The translations under genes and the position numbers were made by a program. The notes below the pieces were generated by a model that saw nothing but the letters and a program-made list of their open reading frames with translations, had not been told where the DNA came from and did no database searches. From a virus (lineage: Duplodnaviria > Caudoviricetes), in IMG/VR virus record IMGVR_UViG_3300018757_000023, positions 1 through 54,501 of that record: DNA of 54,501 nucleotides. One strand, given 5' to 3'. Shown piece after piece: positions 37,010 to 46,443 of this stretch; position 1 is the stretch's first letter; every line of letters begins with the position of its first letter.

Positions 37010-37465
37010 ATGGAAAAGACAACGGTACAAGCATACTTGAACATTAATGTGGATGAAGCAATAAGTGCATTGAAGCACGTTGAGGAAGTTGCAAATAGTA
37101 TCCGTGAAACAATAAACATTGCCGCTGACGATTTGAAAGAGATGAGAAAAGTTGCGGATATGGATAATCCCAAGACTTTTGTAACATTAAATCCAACTAT
37201 ACAGATCACAGGCAACAACAACTACGCTAACGGTTACGCCATCGATAAAATCATCAAACGCATTTCTAGTGAGTTAGAAGAAGGTATTGCATCAGCGTCG
37301 AGAAAAACTTTGAGCTTCGAAGATACAAAGATCAACGTATACGATACAGACGTCATCGTTGAGGAATTGGTTAACATTCTAAAGTCTAGGGGAGTCACAA
37401 TCGGAGAAGCCGAACGCATCCTCGGCAAAGTGATAGCTGAGTTGAGTCACGTTCGGCTTATTTAG
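37010..37465 (+). CDS. Stand-alone paralogue of the tape-measure C-terminal domain
   Basis: FVTLNPTIQITGNNNY..GY.ID..I.RI..ELEEGIAS aligns to TMP FVSLTPTVQVTGDNHY..GY.ID..I.RI..ELEEGIAS. Confidence 0.7.
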   Translation: MEKTTVQAYLNINVDEAISALKHVEEVANSIRETINIAADDLKEMRKVADMDNPKTFVTLNPTIQITGNNNYANGYAIDKIIKRISSELEEGIASASRKTLSFEDTKINVYDTDVIVEELVNILKSRGVTIGEAERILGKVIAELSHVRLI

Positions 37466-37525
37466 TACAGTTATTTTACAAGATTAACCAATTAGAGAGG
37501 TAATCCTTCCAGAAAGGAGGATTTC

Positions 37526-38215
37526 ATGGAATACGGAATCTGGCTTAGTTTTAACAACCAACAAGAAGGTTTCCAACTCCCCATTAACCCAGGGTCAATC
37601 GAAATGGGAGACGGAAGCAACAGCACCACATATGACATCGTTGGGTTAGGTGAAATCAACGTAATCAAAAGCCCGAAGCTAACTAGATTCGCCTTTAGCA
37701 GTATATTTCCAGCACAGCCTTATCCGTTTATCTCGGCTAATGTAGTCCTTGAACCAGGTGAATATGTGCGGATGATCAAAGAATGGATGGGGACCAGGCG
37801 CCCTATCCGTTTTGTTTTTGCCGGCGCAAGTTTCGACATCAACGAAGCAGTAAGCATTGAAAACTTTGACTGGAAAGAAGTCGCTGGAGGCAGCGGAGAC
37901 ATCGAATTCAGCCTCCAATTGAAGAAGTATGTGTTTTACTCTGCACAGCGTGTAAACGTCACTACAAGGCAAAATAGCGCCTCTGCAACGCAGATTATCG
38001 AGAAGGGAAGTAAGCCGCGTCAAAATGATCGACAGCCGCCTAAAACGCATACCCTTGCGCCTGGAGAAAACCTTTGGTCTGTTGCGAAAAAGAATCTTGG
38101 GGACGATTCAAAATGGAGAGACATACAGAAGCTGAACGGAATTACGGATGCACAACTCAAGAATCTGCCGGTTGGTATGGTGCTGCAAATGCCGGGAGGG
38201 ACAGCGAATGTATGA
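37526..38215 (+). CDS. LysM-domain baseplate/tube initiator (XkdP-like)
   Basis: LP.NP, F.F.S.FP, C-terminal LysM (G.NLW.VA...LG....W..I..LN). Confidence 0.85.
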   Translation: MEYGIWLSFNNQQEGFQLPINPGSIEMGDGSNSTTYDIVGLGEINVIKSPKLTRFAFSSIFPAQPYPFISANVVLEPGEYVRMIKEWMGTRRPIRFVFAGASFDINEAVSIENFDWKEVAGGSGDIEFSLQLKKYVFYSAQRVNVTTRQNSASATQIIEKGSKPRQNDRQPPKTHTLAPGENLWSVAKKNLGDDSKWRDIQKLNGITDAQLKNLPVGMVLQMPGGTANV

Positions 38216-39176
38216 GGTGCTGTTGGATGACAAACGCGGTAATGTGTGGGACATCTCTAATATCGTTACGGGGATTACGTGGAAAACCAGCCGGATCGGA
38301 AGTCCTGGGAGCCTTGATTTCACACTGATTAAAGGAGCCATCTATCAGGATGTGTCTTTCAAGGTCAACAACGGCGATATTGTACGATTCCGGTACAATG
38401 ATCGAAACGTTTTCTACGGGTACGTGTTCTCCATTGATGGTGGCAAAGACGAGGCGGTCCGTATCAAGTGTTACGATCAAATCAGATACCTGCTGAATAA
38501 AGACACATACGTATTCGCCAATGTCACAGCTGCGGATATTATCAAGAGAATTGCTGATGACTTTAACTTACGCCTTGGGCGAATTTCTGAAACTGGTTAC
38601 GTAATCCCTACAATGGTAGAGGATAATCAGGCGCTTCTTGACATCGTTGACAAAGGAATTGTATATACACTCTGGAACACAGGAAAAAACTACGTTCTAT
38701 ACGATGATTTCGGGGAACTTGCGCTTGGTGATACGGAGGACATGCTCCTTGACTTTATCATAGGCGACAACAGCCTAATGACTGACTTCGTAGTGAAAAC
38801 GAGCATTGATCAAGACACATACAACAAAGTCAAATTGTACAGGGACAACAAGGAGACGGGTAAACGCGATGTGTATATCGCCCAAGATAGAGCGAACATG
38901 GCGAAGTGGGGAACGTTACAGATCACGCAATCTGTTGATGAGGATAAAAACGAAGCGCAGATCAATGCGCTGCTAAATCAACTTATGTCCCTTAAAAACC
39001 GTGAAACACGAAATCTGCAAGTCGAAGCAATTGGCGATGTCCGCGTTCGTGCCGGTTGTTATGTGCCTATCGTTATCAGCGAGTATGGAATCAACCAGCC
39101 TTTCCTGGTCGATTCAGTGGCGCACAATTTTGATGGTGACGATTACACAATGAAAGTTGAATTGAAGGTGGTCTGA
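38208..39176 (+). CDS. xkdQ: Baseplate hub (XkdQ/YqbQ-like)
   Basis: PG.L.F, F.GYVF, YDQ.RYL.NKD, YDDFG.L. Confidence 0.85.
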   Translation: MYEVLLDDKRGNVWDISNIVTGITWKTSRIGSPGSLDFTLIKGAIYQDVSFKVNNGDIVRFRYNDRNVFYGYVFSIDGGKDEAVRIKCYDQIRYLLNKDTYVFANVTAADIIKRIADDFNLRLGRISETGYVIPTMVEDNQALLDIVDKGIVYTLWNTGKNYVLYDDFGELALGDTEDMLLDFIIGDNSLMTDFVVKTSIDQDTYNKVKLYRDNKETGKRDVYIAQDRANMAKWGTLQITQSVDEDKNEAQINALLNQLMSLKNRETRNLQVEAIGDVRVRAGCYVPIVISEYGINQPFLVDSVAHNFDGDDYTMKVELKVV

Positions 39177-39487
39177 TGAGTGGAGTTAGTCTGAATCTCG
39201 GACTTATTAAGCAAGCAGCTGCTGATGCAGTGGATGCAGCCAGTCCGGTCGGAATTTATTACGGCACGATTAAAACAGCGTCTCCTCTTGAGGTCGAGGT
39301 GGACCAGCGCTTCCCTTTGACGGCGGAATTTCTGGAATTAACCGAATCCACAAAGGAGTTGAAAGTTCCGCAAGGCGATGGGTACTACATCTTGCGCCGG
39401 AAGCTAGAAGAAGGCGATAGAGTGATACTGCTTCGCATCCAAGGTGGTCAAAAATACATTATCCTGGATCGGGTGAGGGACGCATGA
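39176..39487 (+). CDS. Baseplate spike-like protein (XkdR/DUF2577)
   Basis: G.....PL, L..GD.V.L....GGQ.Y..LD. Confidence 0.8.
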   Translation: MSGVSLNLGLIKQAAADAVDAASPVGIYYGTIKTASPLEVEVDQRFPLTAEFLELTESTKELKVPQGDGYYILRRKLEEGDRVILLRIQGGQKYIILDRVRDA

Positions 39488-39879
39488 TACCAACTGGAAG
39501 AAGCATCACACAGGCGATTGTAGAGGAGCAGCAACAGCCCTCCTTGACGTGGAAACTGGACCTAGAGAATAAACGCATTACACAGATGGTTGACGGGCTG
39601 GAAGCTGTAAAACAGGCGGCATTCATCATATTGGAAACAGAGCGATTCGCGTATCTCATATACAGCTTCAGCTTTGGAAGCGAACTACAAGGACTCATTG
39701 GGAAGAGCCCTCTTTTTGTGCAATCCGAAGTGCGCCGACTAATTCGCGAAGCACTCCTGCAGGATGACAGGATCACGGATGTGCGGGACCTAACGTTTCA
39801 GTCGCAGGGAGACTCCTTGCTAGTCGAATTTACGATAGTAACCATCTTTGGTGAATTCACCATGACGAGGGAGGTGTAA
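39484..39879 (+). CDS. Baseplate wedge/sheath initiator (XkdS/DUF2634)
   Basis: DGLEAV.Q....L.TER....IYS..FG.EL, EALLQDDRI. Confidence 0.85.
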   Translation: MIPTGRSITQAIVEEQQQPSLTWKLDLENKRITQMVDGLEAVKQAAFIILETERFAYLIYSFSFGSELQGLIGKSPLFVQSEVRRLIREALLQDDRITDVRDLTFQSQGDSLLVEFTIVTIFGEFTMTREV

Positions 39880-39881
39880 AA

Positions 39882-40979
39882 GTGTACGAGCAAATGAACT
39901 ATGAGTTCATCATGAAGCAGATGCTTGATAGTGTACCTCCTACGATTGATGGGAGAACTGTAGACAAACGGGAAGGAAGCTTGATTTATACGGCTTGCGC
40001 GGCAGTAGCCGCAAACATGGCGCAGATGTATGCAGACGTGGACATTAACTGGAATCTATCCTTTGCAGATACAGCTACTGGCGATGCTTTATCAAGGCGA
40101 ACTGCCGAATATGGCATAACCCGTGAACCAGCTACAAAAGCCAAGCGAAAAGGGCTGTTCTACGGAGAAAACAATTCGCCCATTGAAATTCCCATCGGAA
40201 GCCGCTTTTCACTGGATGCGCTGAACTTCATCGCGATTAAAGGCATCGGGCCGGGCGAATATGAAATGGAATGCGAGGAGACAGGATCGGTAGGAAACCA
40301 ACCATCCGGTCAAATGCTACCCATTGATTATATCCAGGGGCTTGTACGCGCAGATCTTACGGATGTCCTTGTGCCTGGTGAAGATCTGGAGACGGACGAA
40401 CACCTTCGCCAACGTTATTTTGATGCCATGAACGAACCCGCCTTCGGTGGAAATATCTCCGATTACAAGCAGAAAATCAACAGCATTGATGGCGTAGGAG
40501 CAACCAAAGTATTTCCAACCTGGCAAGGTGGAGGGACCGTTAAATGTACCATTATCGGTGCTGACTGGAATCCTCCATCCCCAACATTAGTTGATGAGGT
40601 ACAGACCATTGTAGATCCAACAGTGAACCAAGGAAAAGGTCTTGGCACTGCTCCTATCGGGCATACCGTTACCGTTACGGGTGCCGAAGCTGTTGCGATA
40701 AACATCGCCACAACGTTGACTCTAGCGGCCGGGACAACAGTAACCCAAGTGCAATCTCCGATTGAAGAAGCTATCGGAAACTATTTGCTTGGGCTACGAA
40801 AAACATGGGCAGATGCATCAGGCATTATTGTACGCGAGGCATTGATCGAGGCAGCTATCTTGTCTGTGTCTGGCGTGGTGGACGTGACCAACACAACATT
40901 AAACGGCTCTGCTGCAAACGTCACGCTAACCGAAGAACAGATCCCAAGTATAGGGACGGTGACTTTAAGTGTCAGCTGA
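39882..40979 (+). CDS. xkdT: Baseplate J protein (XkdT-like)
   Basis: DKREGS.I, G.D.E.DE.LR.R, GN..DY, W.G.GTV, APIG..VTV. Confidence 0.92.
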   Translation: MYEQMNYEFIMKQMLDSVPPTIDGRTVDKREGSLIYTACAAVAANMAQMYADVDINWNLSFADTATGDALSRRTAEYGITREPATKAKRKGLFYGENNSPIEIPIGSRFSLDALNFIAIKGIGPGEYEMECEETGSVGNQPSGQMLPIDYIQGLVRADLTDVLVPGEDLETDEHLRQRYFDAMNEPAFGGNISDYKQKINSIDGVGATKVFPTWQGGGTVKCTIIGADWNPPSPTLVDEVQTIVDPTVNQGKGLGTAPIGHTVTVTGAEAVAINIATTLTLAAGTTVTQVQSPIEEAIGNYLLGLRKTWADASGIIVREALIEAAILSVSGVVDVTNTTLNGSAANVTLTEEQIPSIGTVTLSVS

Positions 40980-41559
40980 CCGCATCTTAAAATATTGGCC
41001 CGAAATCTACCAAGAAGTTGATGATTTCGTCGCATTAGCGGATACTCAAGCGTCACAGGTAGATAACTTGGAAAAGGCTGTTCAGCAGCTATTTGATGAT
41101 CAGTTCGTCATGACTTCAAACGCGCAAGCAATCAAGCGAAGAGAGAAAATGCTTCGAATCCAAGCTGATCCAGCGAACGAATCACTTGAGTTTCGCAAAA
41201 AGCGGATCCTTAATCGTTATCAAACAAAGCCACCCTTTACAATCCGATGGCTCCAACGGCAGTTAAACGAGCTTGTGGGAGTCGGTTTGGTCGTTGTTGA
41301 TGTAGATGTTCAAAACTTCATCCTTTATGTTAGGGCAGACATCGACGATGCAGCTGTTTTTAAAGAAGTGAACCATACGGTGTTAACGGTTAAGCCTGCA
41401 AACCTGATCTACAACCAGCAAACAGAGATCAACGAGGGCATTACCCTCCAAGAGAATATTTATAAATCCACCTTGCAACGAATGACCGGCCTTTCAACAA
41501 CCTGGCAGCTGGGTGTCAGTCCATTTGCCGTTAGAGGAGAGGAGGTACAAATCAAGTGA
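40969..41559 (+). CDS. Baseplate wedge protein (XkdU/YmfQ, DUF2313)
   Basis: DQFV, R.E..L.I, LE.R..RI, KPANL. Confidence 0.85.
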   Translation: MSADRILKYWPEIYQEVDDFVALADTQASQVDNLEKAVQQLFDDQFVMTSNAQAIKRREKMLRIQADPANESLEFRKKRILNRYQTKPPFTIRWLQRQLNELVGVGLVVVDVDVQNFILYVRADIDDAAVFKEVNHTVLTVKPANLIYNQQTEINEGITLQENIYKSTLQRMTGLSTTWQLGVSPFAVRGEEVQIK

Positions 41560-41849
41560 TTACTGATCGTTTTCTTGGAAGTGTTGCTGGCTTTGTAAAT
41601 ACGAGCATCGCAAAAGTGGTACTGAATCAATCCTACGAAATCACCACCTTCGATGTGAAGGAAGTGCAGGGCAATGTAGTGATGATTGAATATATGGTAC
41701 CTGCCACCAGCGTTGATCTTGTCACTTTGATTCAGCTAAGAGATGCAGCAGGAGCGTTGATCACTGAAAACTCGGTGTACGTTCCAGTTCCATCTGACAC
41801 GATCATTAGGCAGCCTATTACAGTAAAAGAGCTTGTGGGAGTGGTGTAA
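41556..41849 (+). CDS. Baseplate/tail-fibre junction protein
   Basis: Position; I.L.D..G pattern. Confidence 0.65.
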   Translation: MITDRFLGSVAGFVNTSIAKVVLNQSYEITTFDVKEVQGNVVMIEYMVPATSVDLVTLIQLRDAAGALITENSVYVPVPSDTIIRQPITVKELVGVV

Positions 41850-41901
41850 AAATGTGGATACCTGCCGATAACGGCCATATTGAGAAGGAAGGAGTGGTAA
41901 A

Positions 41902-43434
41902 GTGGCTAAAACTGTAGAGTTTGTAGCAACTGGAAGTGCTGCGTATCTTGCTAGTACAAGTTCTCTACAGGTAACCTTTCCTGGGAGTGCGCAGCCCGGA
42001 GACTTACTAGTCTTACAGTTAATTCGCAAAGCCGGGAATACATCAGTACCTTCAATACCTAGTGATTGGACTATTCAGTCAAGTATTAACCTTGCCAATA
42101 ACAGTTATTTTGCTCTTGCTACGAAGATGATGGAGCCAGGAGAAAGTAGTGTGGCTATCACACTCTCGCCCGCAGGAAGTTTGGGTGGAGTGGTTAGTGC
42201 CTATAGAAATGTAAATAAGGTTGCAGGTGCGACCGGAGTCTCATTTTCGGGTACTTCCTCCTTCAATCCGATCTCTTCGCCTTTTTCTGTACCTGAAACT
42301 GATACACTTGCCCTGATAATCACAACGGCAGGAGACGCAGCTGGTGGATTAACATTTACACCTCCGTCTTTGTTTTCCACTTATTCAAGGGTGTTTAGGG
42401 ACCGTACTTATCATACGTCAGGACGTCAGATGGCATCAGAAACATCTTTATCACCCTCACAAACTCTCACAAGGATGTCAGATGTATCGTCTGGAGCTAG
42501 CTTTTTGATGATGCTGGAGCCTATAAAAAATACTGCCCCAACACTTACACTCACGTCTCCTTCCGATAATCAGACATTGGTGGAAGGGAACACTTATGTG
42601 ATTGCCGGTTCAGCAACAGAGGCCGATTCCGGGAATGTAGTCACGGTTAAATACAAAATTGACGATGGCTCCACATATAACATCACCGCTTCGGTATCAG
42701 ACGGGACAACCCCGATCAATTTCAGCAAGACTCTGACATACCTGAATAATCGCCTTTATGACGGACAAAACCCAGTCACACCTATCTTAGATGAAAACGT
42801 CACACATAAGCTCACGGTTTGGGCAGAGGACGACCATGGCGGCAAGAGTCCCGAATCAACAAGGAACTTCACTGTATTGTATAATCAGCCTCCGCAAATT
42901 TCCGGAAGCGACCAGGACCTAGGAAGTATTGCCGCGCCTCCATCGATCCCATACTCTGTAACCGACATAGAAGGGTATTCCTTTACTATAACGGAGGCTG
43001 TTGATGGGAATACAATTCGATCCTTTCCGGGGGTGGATGGACAACAGGAAACGCTCACGGTTCCCGATGATATCTGGCTAACTTTGAAGCCCGATGTAAC
43101 ACATCAATTGACCATTACAGCAACAGACCAATATAACGCTTCATCAAAGCGGACTTACACGTTCAAGCGAACGGTTGATGGGATCGAGTTAGAAACGACC
43201 ATCCTCCCTGCAGATGCCAAGCCTACAAGAACAATTCTATCGCTTAATGGACAATTCCCTGCAGGTACTAATGTGAATGTGCTTGTCTGCAATAACGCGT
43301 ACGATCCAACTCCAACATGGGAAGATATGACTACTTCAGTCTTAAACAACAGGCCGTATGTCTTCACGAATGAAACCAGTACATCGGGACAATGGGGAAT
43401 AAAATTTAAGATCAGCATTATGCCGGGAGCGTGA
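41902..43434 (+). CDS. Tail fibre / receptor-binding protein with Ig-like domains
   Basis: Ser/Thr-rich beta protein; NTAPTL, NQPPQISG Ig-like repeats; CNNAYD..PTWED. Confidence 0.75.
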   Translation: MAKTVEFVATGSAAYLASTSSLQVTFPGSAQPGDLLVLQLIRKAGNTSVPSIPSDWTIQSSINLANNSYFALATKMMEPGESSVAITLSPAGSLGGVVSAYRNVNKVAGATGVSFSGTSSFNPISSPFSVPETDTLALIITTAGDAAGGLTFTPPSLFSTYSRVFRDRTYHTSGRQMASETSLSPSQTLTRMSDVSSGASFLMMLEPIKNTAPTLTLTSPSDNQTLVEGNTYVIAGSATEADSGNVVTVKYKIDDGSTYNITASVSDGTTPINFSKTLTYLNNRLYDGQNPVTPILDENVTHKLTVWAEDDHGGKSPESTRNFTVLYNQPPQISGSDQDLGSIAAPPSIPYSVTDIEGYSFTITEAVDGNTIRSFPGVDGQQETLTVPDDIWLTLKPDVTHQLTITATDQYNASSKRTYTFKRTVDGIELETTILPADAKPTRTILSLNGQFPAGTNVNVLVCNNAYDPTPTWEDMTTSVLNNRPYVFTNETSTSGQWGIKFKISIMPGA

Positions 43435-43440
43435 TCATGA

Positions 43441-43734
43441 TTGAGTTATACCGCAAAGCTTAATTGGAAATATAACGACACACCGACAGAGAATGACGCA
43501 AATCGTTGGGAAAAAGGGATTCTTAACAACTACCTTTCCATTGTCAATCTTACGACGCGGGTTCAAAAGGTGGAAGATGCGCTGTTCTCGGACATTGCTC
43601 ACAACAAATTCGAAGAGGATCTCGCTACTGTTGATGATGTGACAGTTACAAAGGGATGGTTCAACCAGTTATATCAGAGGCTTGAAGGTCCGAACGGAAT
43701 AATCCTAGACGGATTTGGAGGGGCTTACGAATGA
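43441..43734 (+). CDS. Tail fibre anchor-like protein
   Basis: Y..K.NW...D......D.NR.EKGI N-terminal fibre motif. Confidence 0.65.
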   Translation: MSYTAKLNWKYNDTPTENDANRWEKGILNNYLSIVNLTTRVQKVEDALFSDIAHNKFEEDLATVDDVTVTKGWFNQLYQRLEGPNGIILDGFGGAYE

Positions 43735-43889
43735 TAATCATCAATCCTAAACCAATTTCGGAGATACAGAGGGAGAAAGAGTTATCTAAACTACCAATGA
43801 GCGACATTTATGAATTGGTTGCACAAATGAACGCAGACTGGTCTGCATTCCTCGAACATTACTTCAGTCAATTTCCAGATCAAGCCTAG
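43731..43889 (+). CDS. Small tail-associated protein (52 aa; not in ORF track)
   Basis: ATGA overlap; open frame MIIINPKPISEI...DQA*. Confidence 0.55.
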   Translation: MIIINPKPISEIQREKELSKLPMSDIYELVAQMNADWSAFLEHYFSQFPDQA

Positions 43890-43903
43890 GGAGGTTGCTA
43901 GAT

Positions 43904-44119
43904 ATGCCGATATATTCGTGGATGGTATCAACTTATGCGAGGGATATTTACATTTTTGGCAATCGGACATTCGCACAGATTCCAGAACCGTATGTTGAGC
44001 CGGTCAAAGAGTACGCAGCAAAAACATATAGGCAGGACCAGATCGATAATGCCTTGGATAAGGGCTGGATCACTCAGCAGGAGTACGACGATACCATGGC
44101 CTATAAAGCCAGCGCCTAA
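43904..44119 (+). CDS. Small tail-associated protein (XkdX/CD1375-like)
   Basis: G.RT...IP..Y...V and GWIT..EY motifs. Confidence 0.6.
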   Translation: MPIYSWMVSTYARDIYIFGNRTFAQIPEPYVEPVKEYAAKTYRQDQIDNALDKGWITQQEYDDTMAYKASA

Positions 44120-44268
44120 AGAGGCGTTTTTTTAATGCATAAAAAAATCTGTGTGAGTAACCGGAGGGAGTGCGGACACACTTTCCTCCGGGTCATCCGC
44201 CCACACAGAAAAGCGAATGACAGACAGATTGTACCATTTTCAGAACACACAGAAAAGAGGGAACGTTC

Positions 44269-44532
44269 ATGCGCCGATTTTACATTTCTCTTGGCGTTGT
44301 TACCTTCATTGGGCTGCTCCATATTTCCAACTGGGCATATGAGAGTGCGGCGAAGGTAGATATAAATACGGCTGACAAAGAAATACTTGTGAGTTTACCT
44401 GGTATTGGGCAAGTCCTTGCTGACCGAATCATTGAAAACAGGCCCATAGAATCGCGGGAACAACTAGCCAATATCGACGGATTTGGAGATCAACGACTTA
44501 GAGCGATTGAAGGGAAGGTGCGTTTTCCATGA
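44269..44532 (+). CDS. ComEA-like helix-hairpin-helix protein with N-terminal TM helix
   Basis: VDINTA....L..LPGIG...A.RII..R......L..I.G.G. Confidence 0.85.
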   Translation: MRRFYISLGVVTFIGLLHISNWAYESAAKVDINTADKEILVSLPGIGQVLADRIIENRPIESREQLANIDGFGDQRLRAIEGKVRFP

Positions 44533-44807
44533 TTGACTTGGCTTTTTTTATGGAGGTTGCGGCAAGGTTTGGGCCTGCAGTAGCAATATTTTTGCTGATG
44601 GTGTTTTTCATCATAAGGGAATATCGCTTAGAAAAGAAAAGATCGCATGAATATGCATTGAAAATACACAACGAGGCAATTGCTCGGGAAGATAGATTAA
44701 TGCAACACGTAGATAGGATGCAGGAAACACAAGAAAAGATCGCTTCAACGCTCGAAAAAATGGAGTATCGAATTTCCAGGCTTGAAAATAATCTCGGGAC
44801 AAAATAG
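44529..44807 (+). CDS. BhlA/UviB-like holin-associated protein
   Basis: One TM, RE.RL, coiled-coil tail; lysis cassette. Confidence 0.65.
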   Translation: MIDLAFFMEVAARFGPAVAIFLLMVFFIIREYRLEKKRSHEYALKIHNEAIAREDRLMQHVDRMQETQEKIASTLEKMEYRISRLENNLGTK

Positions 44808-44818
44808 GAGGAATTGAA

Positions 44819-45082
44819 ATGATTGAAACTGGCATGATTGAAATTGGAGTAATGATTGCTTTGGTGTTGGCTATTGCTAAATGGTTGAAAATAGAGGCAG
44901 ACTTCCCTAACAAGTATATTCCGTTGTCCGTTGTGGTGCTTATGGTTGCGTTTAACTTGATCAACGCATCGTTATTCGGTGGGGACTACCTGGAAGCAGG
45001 TAAAATCGCATTCATTGAAGCTCTGGCGGCAATTGGTATTCACTCTGGGCTGAAGAACAGCTTCGAAAAGAGGGATGAATAA
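44819..45082 (+). CDS. Holin
   Basis: Multiple TM segments, P.KYIP, G.HSG.KN; directly upstream of the endolysin. Confidence 0.8.
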   Translation: MIETGMIEIGVMIALVLAIAKWLKIEADFPNKYIPLSVVVLMVAFNLINASLFGGDYLEAGKIAFIEALAAIGIHSGLKNSFEKRDE

Positions 45083-45958
45083 ATGACAATCAAAGGTATT
45101 GATTGTGCAATTCCTTTAACAGCGGATAAAGCAAAGAAGATCGCGGCGGCGGGAATGAAATTTGCCTGCCGCTATCTTGTTCCTGCCAACATGGCGTGGA
45201 AGCGTCTGACAAGGACCGAAGCTGAACTGATTACTGCAGAAGGCATGAAGGTAGTCAGCGTATTTCAACGCGGAACAAACGATGCAAAAGGTGGTGCAGC
45301 TAACGGTACAAGAGACGGAAGGGCAGCATATCAAGAAGCGAAACTAATCATGCAGCCCGAAGGTACAGCCATTTACTTTGCCGTTGATTACGATGCCCAG
45401 CCTGCAGACTACAACGCTATTGAGGCGTATTTGAGAGCAGTTGCGAAGGAGTTACCGGGCTACTTTGTTGGCGTTTATGGATCATACGCAGTTATCGAAG
45501 AAATGGCGAAACGCGATGCTTGCCAACGTTTCTGGCAAACGTATGCATGGAGTAAAGGCAGATTGTCCAAGGCGGCGAATCTGTATCAGTATCGAAACGG
45601 GCAGACTCTTGCAGGGCATACGGTGGACTTTAACGATGGCCTAGGAAACGAGGGGTGGTGGGACACTAATCCCCAAGTTGTGGATAATACTCGCAAACCT
45701 GTTAGCATCGAAGTCACTCTTCCTGTGAAAGGATATGTTGTCGAAGGTGTTTCTTATCTCCCGGTTCGTGCATTGGCGGAAGCAGTAGGCGCTACGGTCG
45801 AGTGGTTCCCAGAGACCAAGCAAGTGCAGGTGAATGGAAGGGACATTACTGAGACGATAGAAACAGGTGTAACCTACGCGCCAGCAAGGGAGCTAGCAGA
45901 GGTTCTTGGTTTATCCGTTGATTGGATTCCAGATTCAAAAACGGTGAAGTTTAACTGA
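45083..45958 (+). CDS. Endolysin: DUF1906 (GH25-like) muramidase plus copper-amine-oxidase-N-like cell-wall domain
   Basis: KGIDC, F.CRY, IYFAVD.D, GVYG, WQTYAWS; YLPVR.LAE..G..V.W repeats. Confidence 0.88.
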   Translation: MTIKGIDCAIPLTADKAKKIAAAGMKFACRYLVPANMAWKRLTRTEAELITAEGMKVVSVFQRGTNDAKGGAANGTRDGRAAYQEAKLIMQPEGTAIYFAVDYDAQPADYNAIEAYLRAVAKELPGYFVGVYGSYAVIEEMAKRDACQRFWQTYAWSKGRLSKAANLYQYRNGQTLAGHTVDFNDGLGNEGWWDTNPQVVDNTRKPVSIEVTLPVKGYVVEGVSYLPVRALAEAVGATVEWFPETKQVQVNGRDITETIETGVTYAPARELAEVLGLSVDWIPDSKTVKFN

Positions 45959-45960
45959 TG

Positions 45961-46001
45961 ATGCCCTCCTTCGGACCATAAATCCGGGGAGGGCATTTTT
46001 T
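45961..46001 (+). terminator. Intrinsic terminator of the late operon
   Basis: ATGCCCTCC...GGAGGGCAT followed by T-run. Confidence 0.75.
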
Positions 46002-46113
46002 GCTTTATCGCACATATATCCACGATTTCTCCCTTGGATATGCCGGCTCCTAAAGATACCCGGAAAATATTACCTAATTTTCTGGCGAAATTGTTGTATG
46101 ATAGAAAAAGGAG

Positions 46114-46344
46114 GTGATTACTATGGAACAAAGTATTCTGTTTGGACCTGGGGATAGACCAAGACATCAGCACAAAGTAAATTTGTTTACGGATCCAGAA
46201 TGGAAACTTGACAGCGGACCAGAATGGAAACTTGATGGGGGTCCCGGATATGATGATGATAGCCGCGCCCACTTCGGACCATTCGATCCGCCGTCACCGC
46301 TTCGATATGGACCGCCAGATGGCTGGGGAAAAGTACTCCACTAA
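46114..46344 (+). CDS. Small Pro/Gly/Asp-rich repeat peptide
   Basis: AGGAGGTG RBS; internal repeat CCAGAATGGAAACTTGA x2; own terminator at about 46335-46361. Confidence 0.55.
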   Translation: MITMEQSILFGPGDRPRHQHKVNLFTDPEWKLDSGPEWKLDGGPGYDDDSRAHFGPFDPPSPLRYGPPDGWGKVLH

Positions 46345-46363
46345 TAGTGGGGTATTTTTTTGC

Positions 46364-46408
46364 TTGATAAATGAACTAATGCTTGCATATAATACAAACA
46401 AACGTTCT
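46364..46408 (+). promoter_or_regulatory. SigA-type promoter with LexA-box-like sites
   Basis: TTGATA-18-TATAAT; TGAACTAATGCTTG (46372) and CAAACAAACGTTCT (46395) resemble CGAAC-N4-GTTCG. Confidence 0.55.
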
Positions 46409-46443
46409 TGTATTATGCGTGTTTCTTGAATGGAATGGTGACG

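Noticed and set aside
44810-44850. Holin dual-start motif (ATGATTGAAA twice; MIETGMIEIG)
   Set aside because: The extension lacks the positive charge typical of antiholins and only one RBS is evident
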